A DNA stretch of 64,000 nt from positions 52,950,001 to 53,014,000 of the forward strand of contig NC_086097.1 of NCBI RefSeq assembly GCF_963921235.1, read 5' to 3'. How positions within the stretch are numbered: the first letter of the stretch is position 1; each line of letters opens with the position of its first letter. The position numbers and the translations under genes were made by a program. Shown piece by piece: positions 25,901 to 61,486 of this stretch. Source of the stretch: Mobula hypostoma. Taxonomy: Eukaryota. The notes beneath the pieces were generated by a model. That model was not told the DNA's origin. It made no database searches and worked only from the letters and a program-made list of their open reading frames with translations.

Positions 25901-28776
25901 AACATAAGAAAATGGGGGTGCTTTTGACTTTCTGATGAATTCTCTAACATACTTTATTGCCTTAATAATCTATATGCTCTCCACGTTAAAGCTCAAACTC
26001 AAAAGGAATAATTTGAACTATAAGAATCATGCTCAATCTTTTGAACATTAGACATACCACTGAGAAATTGCCCAATCCAAACCTCTTAAGCTAAGACTTC
26101 TCTTTGATATTTACTACATGGTGTATTAATGATTGAATGAATTACTATCTTAATTTCCAGCCTTTACAATTCCCATTTTAATTTATACTGTTAAATATCT
26201 TGAAGTTCTTGGTAGAGTACAAACATGAAGGCTAAAAGAATTGGAATGAAGGTTCATTTAGCGTTGCTTCCAAATTCAATTCTAAGTTTAATGCGGATTT
26301 GCTGATCTAGTAATAAACAATTAAATTAGCTTTAGTTGTTTGGGCTACAATTTATCAAAGAACAGAATCTCAGAAAATTTATGACACAGAAGACAGCTAT
26401 CCAGCTCAATGTGTCTGTTCTGATTAGGAATATGGTACCCTATCAAATCTCACCCTTGAGCACCAGAGTCATAATCTTGCAAGGTAAAGTTCCTCAATTA
26501 TAGACCCAAATAGTGTACATTTTAAATGTTTGCGGTTGTCTGTCTCTGCCACCCTTTCAGCCAAGTGCTGTTGCTACCTGGGTGAAAATCTTCTCCCTCA
26601 TCTGTTTTCTAATTCTTCAATCAAATACCATAAATCTTTGCCAAGAGAAATACATCCTTCCTATTTACTCTATTGCAGTGGCTTATTATTTTGTACACCT
26701 CAATTAAATCTCCTCTCAGTCTTTTCAGGTACGAAGAAAACAACCTTAACCCAACTAATCTTTCTAATTATAGCTACTATTTTCCCGCTAACCTTTAAGA
26801 ATCCCCTCTGCAACCTCTGTAGAGCAATCACATCTTTCCTGCAAATCAGTGCCCAGAATTGAGTGCAGTATTCAAGCTGTGATCTATTTTCTGCAGTAGA
26901 TAACTCTAGGTGAACCTTTATGCTCTCCTATTTTATGCCTTAGTTAATAAAGGAAAACATCAGTTTGCCTTTCTAACCGTTTTATCAGCAGGTCCCTAAT
27001 AGCATATGGTTCCCAATTCTCTGCATCTCATTAATCTGCCCTGCTTTGTGCATTTTCCGTTCAAGGGCATTGGTGTTTCCATACCAGGCTGTGATGCAGC
27101 CAATCAATATACTGTACTCTCTTCAATACACATCTATGGAAGTTTGTCAAAGTTTTAGATGATGCCAAATCTACACAAACTCCCAAGGAAGTAAAGGCGC
27201 TGTCATTCTTTCTTCGTAAATACCCAGGACTGGTCCTCCGAAATACTAAGCCCTGGGAATTTAAAGCTGCTGACCCGCTCCACCTCTGATCCTCCGATGA
27301 GGACTGGCACGCAGGCCTCCGGTTCCCTCCTCCTGAAGTCAATAATCAACTCCTTGTTTTTGCTGACATTGAGTGAGAGGTTGTTGTTACGGCACCACTC
27401 ATCCAGATATTCTATTTCCCTTCTCTGTGCTGATACATCACCACCTTTGATTCGGCCTACAACAGTGGTATTGTCAACAAACTGAAATACAACATTGGAG
27501 CAGCGCTTAGCCACACAGTCATAAACGTAAAGCCGGTAGAGCGGGGGCTAAGCGCACAGCTTTGTGCTGCACCTGTGTTGATGGGGATCGTGGCAGTGGC
27601 GCTGCTGGCAATCCGAACCGACTGCCGTCTGCAACTGAGGAAATCTGAGATCCAATTGCACAAGGAAGTACTAAAGCCAAGGTCTAGGAGCTTATTAGTT
27701 AGTTTTGAGAGGATGATGGCATTGAATGCCGAGAGATTATTTAAGGGCCTTCTCATTAATGAATCCTTGCAAACTACGTCTGGCCTTTCAGTGCATTTCA
27801 TAATGAAACTTTATAGCATCCTTCAGAAATGATTTCAATAAAACCTACACTTAAGCTAATCTAGCTAGCCTGCAATGATTCGCGTTTTAAACGTTAATCG
27901 CTCTCAGTTACCGACCATTCCTGTACTCGAGTCAGAGTGGAGGCGATGAGCAGAGCCTTTGCAGTTTCCTCTGTTGCATTTCCAAATAGCCGTCCCGGCC
28001 TGGTATTACCTACTTATCATTACATTTAGCTTTTAAAAAGCTATGTTATTGAACTTTAGAGATTGGCCAGCGACGGATCCAACAGCATGAATTACTAAAT
28101 CAGTGTGAGTGTGTGTGAGAGAGGAAGTGTATGTGTGTGAGAAAGTGTGAGTGTAAGTGTGAGAAAGTGCGTAAGTGTGCGCTATCTATTTACCATCCGA
28201 AAAGAAAAATCTCTTTAGCCAAAGAATTCCTAATAAATTAGATCACAGAAAGCCTTCAGGTGGGGGTAGAGGCTTTTCGAGATTGTTTTGGTGATTTAAA
28301 CATGATAGATTTCAAAGTGAAGGGATTCACTCTTCTAAGAATGAAGCAACCTTACAATTTGTAAATTTTCAGCCTCAGATCCACCCCATCTAGACCGAGT
28401 TGTAAGTACACACACTACGCCTGACTCATTTAATCCCGACTGAGATTTGCCTGGTCACGTCGCACAGTCTGCTACGGGTTTAAAGCAATGGTCACACCTC
28501 GGTGTCGGAGCCTGTCGCATACAGACCCAAACCACACTAACATTACAGCCGAATATAGGTCGCATATCAACAAACTAAAATCCACCTACTTTGATCTCTC
28601 AGTACAGGAAACTCCTCTCCAAGTATCGAACAACGTTCTACGCCCTATGAAACACGTTATACGAAAATGAGTGAGCACGTTACCTGATAGGAAGATGTCT
28701 GCTCCTTTGAAACTATATCCTGTGTACCCTGGTGCACAAACATACAGAACAACATCAGAAAGACTGGACTCAACAT
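4842..28776 (-). CDS. ERO1A: ERO1A, ER oxidoreductin 1 alpha; whole spliced CDS, 16 exons, 1389 nt, 462 aa
   Basis: Exons: 28776-28684, 24530-24414, 24317-24234, 23998-23960, 19828-19743, 17266-17193, 16526-16406, 16294-16248, 12632-12624, 11545-11519, 10697-10605, 9635-9389, 7892-7823, 5676-5590, 5504-5371, 4902-4842. All introns GT-AG, phases join into one ORF. Hallmarks: signal peptide, shuttle motif [25 protein letters not shown], CxxCxxC ([15 protein letters not shown]). Called alpha rather than beta from HLSARYLL and head-to-head position next to PSMC6 as in human. Confidence 0.95.
5371..5504 (-). CDS. ERO1A: ERO1A exon 15 ([45 protein letters not shown])
   Basis: 134 nt, ag/gtaagg flanks; homology. 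Confidence 0.96.
5590..5676 (-). CDS. ERO1A: ERO1A exon 14 ([29 protein letters not shown])
   Basis: 87 nt; catalytic CxxCxxC. Confidence 0.97.
7823..7892 (-). CDS. ERO1A: ERO1A exon 13 ([23 protein letters not shown])
   Basis: 70 nt, ag/gtaaga flanks; HFDE motif. Confidence 0.94.
8627..8680. repeat. 20-bp AT-rich minisatellite, ~2.7 copies
   Basis: aaaattaaaattYatatttt repeated. Confidence 0.8.
9020..9205 (-). mobile_element. 3' end of an RTE-X-like LINE
   Basis: [27 protein letters not shown] zinc-knuckle-like C-terminus. Confidence 0.65.
9389..9635 (-). CDS. ERO1A: ERO1A exon 12 ([20 protein letters not shown]...[10 protein letters not shown])
   Basis: 247 nt, ag/gtaagc flanks; GEGPRR and NLYFLYL motifs. 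Confidence 0.96.
9890..10100 (+). mobile_element. Decayed RTE-clade LINE RT fragment
   Basis: [19 protein letters not shown] resembles the RTE motif FKKGD..DC.NYRGISLLS. Confidence 0.5.
10605..10697 (-). CDS. ERO1A: ERO1A exon 11 ([31 protein letters not shown])
   Basis: 93 nt, ag/gtatgt flanks; ISGLH motif. Confidence 0.95.
11519..11545 (-). CDS. ERO1A: ERO1A exon 10 (GGAFYNWLQ)
   Basis: 27 nt, ag/gtaaat flanks; FYxWL motif. Confidence 0.9.
12624..12632 (-). CDS. ERO1A: ERO1A exon 9, 9-nt microexon GTGCTGAAG (GAE)
   Basis: Strong acceptor tttatttttctcctgcag and donor AAG|gtaatt, phase 1-1, fills the gap between exons 8 and 10. Confidence 0.75.
13948..14390 (+). mobile_element. tRNA-derived SINE cluster (partial head plus a longer V-SINE-like copy from ~14078); related inverted copy at ~36565-36850
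   Basis: B-box-like GG(A)TTCAAT, V-domain-like ggtgttccagttttctcccacgttccaaagac, AATAAAG tail. Confidence 0.65.
14660..15395 (-). mobile_element. 5'-truncated CR1 LINE
   Basis: CR1 3' tail (acaggccctttggcccac) and decayed RT C-terminus. Confidence 0.75.
16248..16294 (-). CDS. ERO1A: ERO1A exon 8 ([15 protein letters not shown])
   Basis: 47 nt, ag/gtgagt flanks; homology. Confidence 0.92.
16406..16526 (-). CDS. ERO1A: ERO1A exon 7 ([40 protein letters not shown])
   Basis: ag/gtaagt flanks; FAD-binding ERYTG motif. Confidence 0.96.
16529..17744. repeat. Diverged local duplication (~230 bp; 16529-16760 and 17527-17744)
   Basis: Shared blocks gaggaacaaagttgcatttcactca, ccactcaattgcaaagacaggac, aatgttctccattttcct. 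Confidence 0.85.
17193..17266 (-). CDS. ERO1A: ERO1A exon 6 ([24 protein letters not shown])
   Basis: ag/gtgagt flanks; homology. Confidence 0.95.
18175..19360 (-). mobile_element. 5'-truncated CR1 LINE (plus a + strand CR1 fragment at ~19430-19600)
   Basis: ORFs [14 protein letters not shown]...KFADDTK and [19 protein letters not shown]; cataagacataggagcagaa tail. Confidence 0.9.
19743..19828 (-). CDS. ERO1A: ERO1A exon 5 ([29 protein letters not shown])
   Basis: ag/gt flanks; regulatory Cys in ECE motif. Confidence 0.92.
22880..23450 (+). repeat. Unclassified SINE-like repeat; related inverted copy at ~32576-33140
   Basis: Shared tail gctgcctgtaaagagacaaatttcaaggttgtat...ataataaat found reverse-complemented near 32590-32660. 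Confidence 0.5.
23960..23998 (-). CDS. ERO1A: ERO1A exon 4 ([13 protein letters not shown])
   Basis: 39 nt, ctgcag/gtatga flanks, resembles DEVPDGIKSASYK. Confidence 0.9.
24234..24317 (-). CDS. ERO1A: ERO1A exon 3 ([28 protein letters not shown])
   Basis: ag/gt flanks; CxxxxC shuttle cysteines. Confidence 0.95.
24414..24530 (-). CDS. ERO1A: ERO1A exon 2 ([39 protein letters not shown])
   Basis: ag/gt flanks; Ero1 DCTCD and DYFRYYK motifs. Confidence 0.95.
25366..25701 (+). mobile_element. Mariner-derived non-autonomous element with three direct copies of the TIR
   Basis: ctccttctaccttaggccacRaacttatcaatcac at 25381, 25504, 25659; transposase C-terminus [15 protein letters not shown]; terminal TA. 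Confidence 0.8.
26360..27050 (-). mobile_element. Old CR1 fragment
   Basis: Decayed CR1 RT C-terminus and tail. Confidence 0.55.
27060..27735 (-). mobile_element. Rex1/Babar-clade LINE RT fragment
   Basis: [42 protein letters not shown]. Confidence 0.85.
28684..28776 (-). CDS. ERO1A: ERO1A coding exon 1 ([31 protein letters not shown]; signal peptide)
   Basis: ATG with A at -3, in-frame upstream stop, hydrophobic N-terminus, phase-0 donor CAG|gtaacg, CpG-rich context. Confidence 0.8.
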
Positions 28777-28779
28777 CGT

Positions 28780-29260
28780 TAATTATTCCTGACCGGGATG
28801 GTAACTGCTCCGATGCAGACTCTGCAAAATGTAACGGATGAGAAAGAGCCAACATCCACCGCCAGCACAGAAACTTGACTCATTGAAGGTTTCCTTTTAA
28901 AGCCGAGGCCCCGCCTTGTAAACTTCACTTTACTTCCTAGTGTGCAACACCGAGCCCACACGTCGCAATACTCTCGGGCCAAATATGTCAAATAAAGTCC
29001 AGTGATGTCTCATTTTATTTTACAGAAGGCTGAATTGCGTGTAATTGTTTAACCTGCCGAATGTTCTGAAGTGCCCAGTTGTGTAAATGGACGCGGGAGA
29101 TAAAGAAAGGGAACTTCCTTTAAACATTTTGAGGACGTGTATTACGTGCGTGCCGATCTCCGGTTTCGGGAATTGCACTCGAAGTGACGAAATAAGTTTT
29201 TAAATATTTGGTTTACATGTACAGTATTCAGTCTGGTGTGTTATGCGGTAAAACTTGGAC
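28780..29260 (-). promoter_or_regulatory. ERO1A 5' UTR and CpG-rich promoter with GC box, RCGTG (HRE-like) cluster and kB-like site
   Basis: CpG enrichment; GC box near 28909; ACGTG 29135-29139, TACGTG 29143-29148, GCGTG 29148-29152; GGGAACTTCC 29109-29118. Confidence 0.6.
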
Positions 29261-29641
29261 ACAAATCTAAATGAAGTGTTATTTCACGGTTTCCTTGGTA
29301 CATAAATATCGGCTGTGACAATGTGTTGACATACCTGCGACCTAGCCTGTTACCCTAACCCTACTACCAGAGAGATAGATTGAAATATATTCGTTTTAGC
29401 TCTTTACTCAGACGAGGCTGATTCCCAGTATGCTAGCTTACTAGAGTTAATCGTTAAAACAATATCGTACATCTATGATATAAATTTAATATAAATTAAA
29501 TTTTATAAATATAAATATAGATTTAATATCATTTAACTATTGCTGCTGTTTTTCAAAATATTCTATGGGGGTGAAAGTGTTTGACTGCACTGTCATTTTG
29601 CACAGGGATCAAACTTAGTTGGTGAAAATAGAATGGCAGTA

Positions 29642-29980
29642 TGTCAGGGCTGCTGCTGCCAACACCTCCCAGTCCCCACCCAACCTGTACCGTTCACCTG
29701 CCGTCCATCCATCCAGGCTCAATGGCTGCAGCCTATTTAACCCCCATTTTCACCCACAGTCCTTGTTCAGGCATTGAAACAGCAAGCCTCAATCAGACAC
29801 TCCTATCTTACACTCTCCCTGACTAAAGTTTACTTTGTTGCCTGTTGTATTTAGTTTCTGTTCTCTCTTGTGGCCTCTTCTGCCTTGGTATTTTGTGGTC
29901 TATTATTAAAGTTATCATTCATGGCTGAATCTCCTCTGCTGTTCTGCTTTTGGGTCAAGCCTCCTCTCCGTCTCCTGACA
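29642..29980 (+). mobile_element. Solo LTR (339 bp)
   Basis: TGTCAGG...CCTGACA termini, perfect 5-bp TSD CAGTA (29637-29641, 29981-29985), internal TATTTAA and ATTAAA. Confidence 0.85.
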
Positions 29981-30149
29981 CAGTAGCTTGTGGCTTAAAT
30001 TGGTTTATCCCATAAAATTCATCAATCTTGCATGGAAGGGATATCAGAATGTTTATGGGAATGCTTATTTGGTGCAGTAGAAAGAACTTATATAAGTTTG
30101 ATGTTGATGCATCTTGTCAGGGTGATAAGAACACTGGTTTGCACACTTA

Positions 30150-31199
30150 CAATGGCATGCAAAAGTTTGGGCACCCCGGTCAAAATTTCTGTTGCTGTGA
30201 ATAGCTAAGCGAGTAAAAGATGAACTGATTTCCAAAAGGCATAAAGTTAAAAATGACACATTTCTTTAATATTTTAAGCAACATTACTTTTTTATTTCCG
30301 TCTTTTACAGTTTCAAAATAACAAAAAAAAGAAAAGGGCCTGAAGCAAAAGTTTGGGCACCCTGCATGGCAGTATTTAGTAACACCCCCTTTGGGAAGTA
30401 TCACAGCTTGTAAATGCTTTTTGTAGCCAGCTAAGAGTCTTTCAATTCCTGGTATTTAATTGAATTCATTCTTCCCTCTACCAGTAAATATTCCCTGTGT
30501 CACTGGCTACAACACAAGCCCAAAGCATGATCGATCCACTCCTGTGCTTAACAGTTCGAGAGGGGTTCTTTTCATGAAATTCTGCACCCTTTTTTATCCA
30601 AATATACCTTTGCTCATTGTAGCCAAGAAGTTCTATTTTAACTTCATCAGTCTACAGGACTTGTTTCAGGCTTGTTTAGATGTTCCTTTGAACCTTTGAA
30701 TAGAACTTCAAAATCCACAATGGACTACCTCAAGGGTGCAAGCTGAAGGTTTTGCCATGGCCCTCACAGTCCCCTGACCTAAATATCATCAAGAATCTGT
30801 GGATAGACCTCAAAAGAGCAGTGCATGCAAGATGGCTGAAAAATCTCACAGAACTAGAAACCTTTTGCAAGGAAGAATAGGCAAAAATCCCCCGAACAAG
30901 AATTAAAAGACTCTTAGCTGGCTACAAAAAGCATTTACAAGCTGTGATACTTCCCAAGCGGGGTGTTACTAAGTACTACCATGCAGGATGCCCAAACTTT
31001 TGCTTCGGGCCCTTTTCCTTTTTTGTTATTTTGAAACTGTAAAGGATGAAAATTAAAAAAGTAATGTTGCTCAAAATATTAAAGAAATGTGTCATCTTTA
31101 ACTTTATGCCTTTTGGAAATCAGTTCATCTTTTACTCACTTAGCTATTCACAGTAACAGAAATTTTGACCAGGGGTGCCCAAACTTTTGTATGCCGCTG
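30150..31199. mobile_element. Rearranged Tc1 (IR/DR-type) transposon with ~300-bp inverted ends
   Basis: TA TSDs; TIR caatggcatgcaaaagtttgggcacccc; transposase remnants incl. [11 protein letters not shown]. Confidence 0.9.
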
Positions 31200-32681
31200 T
31201 ATATAACATCTTTAACAGCTTGACTTTATAGTATGTAGTAAACATCCAAAGGTACTCCAGAGGAAAATTACCAACGAAACCTTTGCTTCTGACATGCAGA
31301 GATATTAGGAGAGAAAAGAGACAAGACGTATAGGAAAAGAGTGATATAATGAGAAGAAGTCTTACAGGGGAAGCTGTCAAGCCTAAACAGCCAAAATCAC
31401 AATGAAAATTAAGGATTTGCAAAGGCCCAGATTTCAAGAATTACAAAGATCTCCAAAGTCATGCCGAATTTGCAGAGACGGAGATGAAGGCGGCCATGTG
31501 GGATTTAGAAACAATGAAAAGAATTTAAAATAAATCTAATGGTTACTCTGACCAAGGTCTAATAGAGAGCTGTGATCATCAGGATAATGAATAAATGGGA
31601 TTTTCTGTAATGACTCTTTCTTGGAGGCTGGCCAAGAGGGTTTTGGAATAGTGTCTCTATGGACCCTCAGGCACAACTGAGATTCAGTCATAGCTGAGCT
31701 GAGACAGGGATACGATGTAAAGTGTTAAAGAGATTAGGGCATCTCACATACACGGTTGGAAACTCAACAAACAAGTTGTTGACCCTTTGAAAAATTTCAC
31801 TGAGCAATGTAATAGTTTGGAGTTTGTAATGGGATTTCAATTTTTTTTTAATTATAAACTCTCCACATTGCAACTTCATCTGTGGAAAGTGAAAATAAAT
31901 TAATTATATCCCATAGCAATCCTAGCCTTACACTTTCAATTTCAGAGCCTGTCACACACAGATCTAAAGCACACAAGCATTCCACCAGAAAAGAAGAGAT
32001 TGCACATCAATAAACTGAAATCCACCTGCTTTCACTGTATGGGAAACCATTCTCCAAGGATGGCAGTAAGATGAATAATGTTCTATGCCCCTTCAACCAG
32101 AGATGTTCCTTCTCTCCTATCCATCCTTCCACACTCTCCCTGCAGCTTAAAACTAACTTGATTCCTCTCATTCCCAGACTTTGTCAAACAGACTTTGACT
32201 TGTAATTCTGTTGCACTTTCCACAGTTGTTGCCTGACTTGCTGAGTGTTTCCATTATTGTTTGCTTTTGTTTTAGATTTCCAACATCTGCAATGCAATTT
32301 TCTTTGAAAACAATTGCTTTATTCTTCCCAAAGTTTGTGCATGGAAAAGTATGAAGCGTCCAGTAGTGGGTAACTACCCAACAACACGGATGCAGTGAAC
32401 AAATGATATATGGTGAGAAAGCTCATCTCAATATCATCATCCTGTTTGTAAAATGTATCCCTATGCCTACAGGTAACGCTGGCAAAAGACAGCACATGAA
32501 TAAAGAAGAGATGACAGTGGGGGAAGTAGAAGCAAGACCCTGGGAGAAATCAGGATACGTGTGGAAAAGTCTTTGTTCAAAGACCAAAGTATATTTATTA
32601 TCAAAGTATGTATACTATGTAGAACCTTGAGATTTGTCTTCTTGCAGGCAGTCACAAACCAGAAACACAATAGTACCCATT

Positions 32682-32684
<3 letters not shown>

Positions 32685-32729
<45 letters not shown>

Positions 32730-32732
32730 CAC
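32685..32732. repeat. (CA)n microsatellite
   Basis: Direct reading. Confidence 0.95.
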
Positions 32733-33220
32733 AAAACATATACCCTCATATGTCCAATGTGTGGAAAAAAAGAACAAATATTTTAATAAAATACAATTAT
32801 TCTATTTCATTTCATAATTCAATCTTTTTTTTACATGACTAACTTGGAATATGGGATACTGTTATCATATTACTGTGATTTAAATGTAATGTAATTCATA
32901 TTATTTTCTTCTGTCCTTATGAATTTTGTATTTGTAGTCATGTAATTTATATAATAATATCAATAAAAATACTGAAAAAGAGAAAAGAACAAATCAGGCA
33001 AACAATAAAAAAGCAAAAACATAGCACACAGAACATGAACCTCAGTGTCCCTGAAAGTGAGTCCACAGTCACAGACCCAACTGAGCGCTGAGGCGAGTGA
33101 AGCTGGTACAGGAGCCCGATAGTTACAGGTCACAGCCATGGAGATATCCTAGCAATGACTGAATAAGTCAAAATAAGAAGTAGGGTAGTCCTGTAGGGTT
33201 GATCAACAGAGTAGGCCTGG

Positions 33221-33290
33221 AGAGGAGGAGGAGGAGGAGGTGGAGGTGGAGGAGGAGGAGGAGGAGGAGGAGGAGAAGAAGAAGAAGACC
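33221..33290. repeat. (GGA)n/(GAA)n microsatellite, probably the tail of the adjacent SINE-like element (~33290-33470)
   Basis: Direct reading. Confidence 0.9.
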
Positions 33291-33514
33291 CTTAACCCTG
33301 AGTGGAGTCATCAGGACACCATCATGACTGCGTTTTTTTAGTAGGCTATCCTATTTTTATGAGGCCAAGTTGCTAGCACAACGCTCAACCCAGCACGGAT
33401 GGAAAGCGTGCAAGGGAGCTGGCTGGATTTGAACTCGGGAGCCTTCGCTAAACCACCATGCCACCAGCCAGCTTGATGAGTGGAATGTTTACAGATAATT
33501 GATAGTTTACAGAT

Positions 33515-33880
33515 AATGATAGAGGTGTATAAGATAATAAGAGGCATTGATCATGTGGATAGTCAGCAGCTTTTTCCCAGGGCTGAAGTGGCTTACACGA
33601 AAGGACACAGTTTTAAAGTGCTTGGAAGTAGGTACAGAGGGGATGTCAGGGGTAAGTTTTTTACGCAGAGAGTGGTGTGTGCATGGAATGGGCTGCCGGC
33701 ACTGTGGTGGAGGCAGATACAATAGGGTCTTTTAAGAGACTCCTGAATAGGTAAACGGAGCTTAGAAAAATAGACGGCTATGTGTAACCCTAGGTAATTT
33801 CTAAAATAAGTACATGTTCGGCACAGCATCGTGGGCCAAAGGGCCTGTATTGTACTGTAGGTTTTCTATGTTTCTATAAT
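33515..33880 (+). mobile_element. CR1 3' end
   Basis: IEVYKIIRGID...FFTQRVVCAWNGLP; ttctatgtttctat tail. Confidence 0.85.
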
Positions 33881-34899
33881 TCTACTCTATTTGTCATCAT
33901 TTGCTTGAAATGGAAAATTGTCTCTATTTCGTTATTCCGAAGTATAATTTTGATCTAAAATAGTTTCACATTTAGTTATACTGTATTCTTTCAAGTCAGA
34001 ACCTTCTAGGATGATCATTATCAAAGTTACTGTCACCATAGTCCCTACAGTCATATATGCCAGGCACAGATGAAGAGGGAATGTCATGCTGGTCCTCATC
34101 ATACTGATCTTCAAGAGTCAGATTCAAAAGCAGTGAGGTCTCTGGTGATTATGTCAGCTAATCCCAATCTCAAAATATCCCTGAATGAAGACTTCAGCAG
34201 TTGGCATGGTCCCATTCCTAAATATGGTGTTCTTCATAGTTTTTTACTGTGTTATTAAAAATTATTAAAGTTAAAGTAAGTAGGTTGGAAATGTAAAAAA
34301 GCAATTGTTAAAAATTAGCTAATAAACCCTGATTAAAACATAAATAATATAAACATTAAACTTAACTTTAAAAAATTAGTGAGCTGTAAGTCCCCAGCAC
34401 TGCTGTTTTGATGTGCGATTGTTTCTGAATATAACTGCTGCCAATAGCTCAGCCTCAGTGTCCATGTTCTTTAAGAGCACATAAAGTGATGGAGTTCATG
34501 CCAGTAGAGCAAAACAGTGCTTTCGAAGCATTATTGCGTGAGTCCTGTATTTAGTATTGCGATACAAGGTATTTAAAATATATTGATCTCCTTGTACTTT
34601 ATCGCAGTCCTTGTTTGCGAACTGCGGCCCTCATTTCCAAATTTTGAAATTCGACTTCCAGCTCCCAAGTACGTGTAAATGGATAATGGTTGTCTCAAGG
34701 GCGATCTTCGTGGAACATCAATGTATGGCAACCTTGAATGACTATTTTCACATCACAGTAAACTAAACATCTTTTTTTCTCTGACGTAGCCAGTTTGTCA
34801 TTTGTTCAATTTGTGGTTTTGCTTTTAAAAATTTTATTGCTGTGAACTTTATATCATTTACATCCTTTCATTCCAAAAAAAAGTCTAAATGGACTCATT

Positions 34900-61151
<26,252 letters not shown>

Positions 61152-61480
61152 TGCAACCAGCATTTTTTTTTTAGAAACTGTGATTTAAATGGTATATATG
61201 CACTAAAAGCGAGAAGAGCTGGATGTGTATACTGTTATTCATTACAAGTGTGTAATAGATGCTGCAGACCACTGAGTTTGGTGTTCTCCTGCACTATATA
61301 TGTAATGATCCATTTTTAAGCCTTAAATTGGCTACTGGCAAAAATATTCTGTTAAAATCAATCTTGAAGATGTTGCTACTGAGGCATGCCTGTCTTAGTG
61401 TAATATAATACCTTGTATTCAAGTAAGACATTTCTCCACATGAACATTTATAGGTATTTGATTAATTTTGCCCATAAGTC

Positions 61481-61486
61481 AATAAA
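61481..61486 (+). terminator. Probable PSMC6 polyadenylation signal AATAAA (a second one at 61741-61746)
   Basis: First AATAAA seen after the stop, ~330 nt downstream, followed by GT-rich sequence. Confidence 0.6.

Noticed and set aside
28586..28855. 89-aa ORF as the ERO1A N-terminus
   Set aside because: Out of frame with exon 2 at the 28684 donor; treated as an overlapping uORF instead
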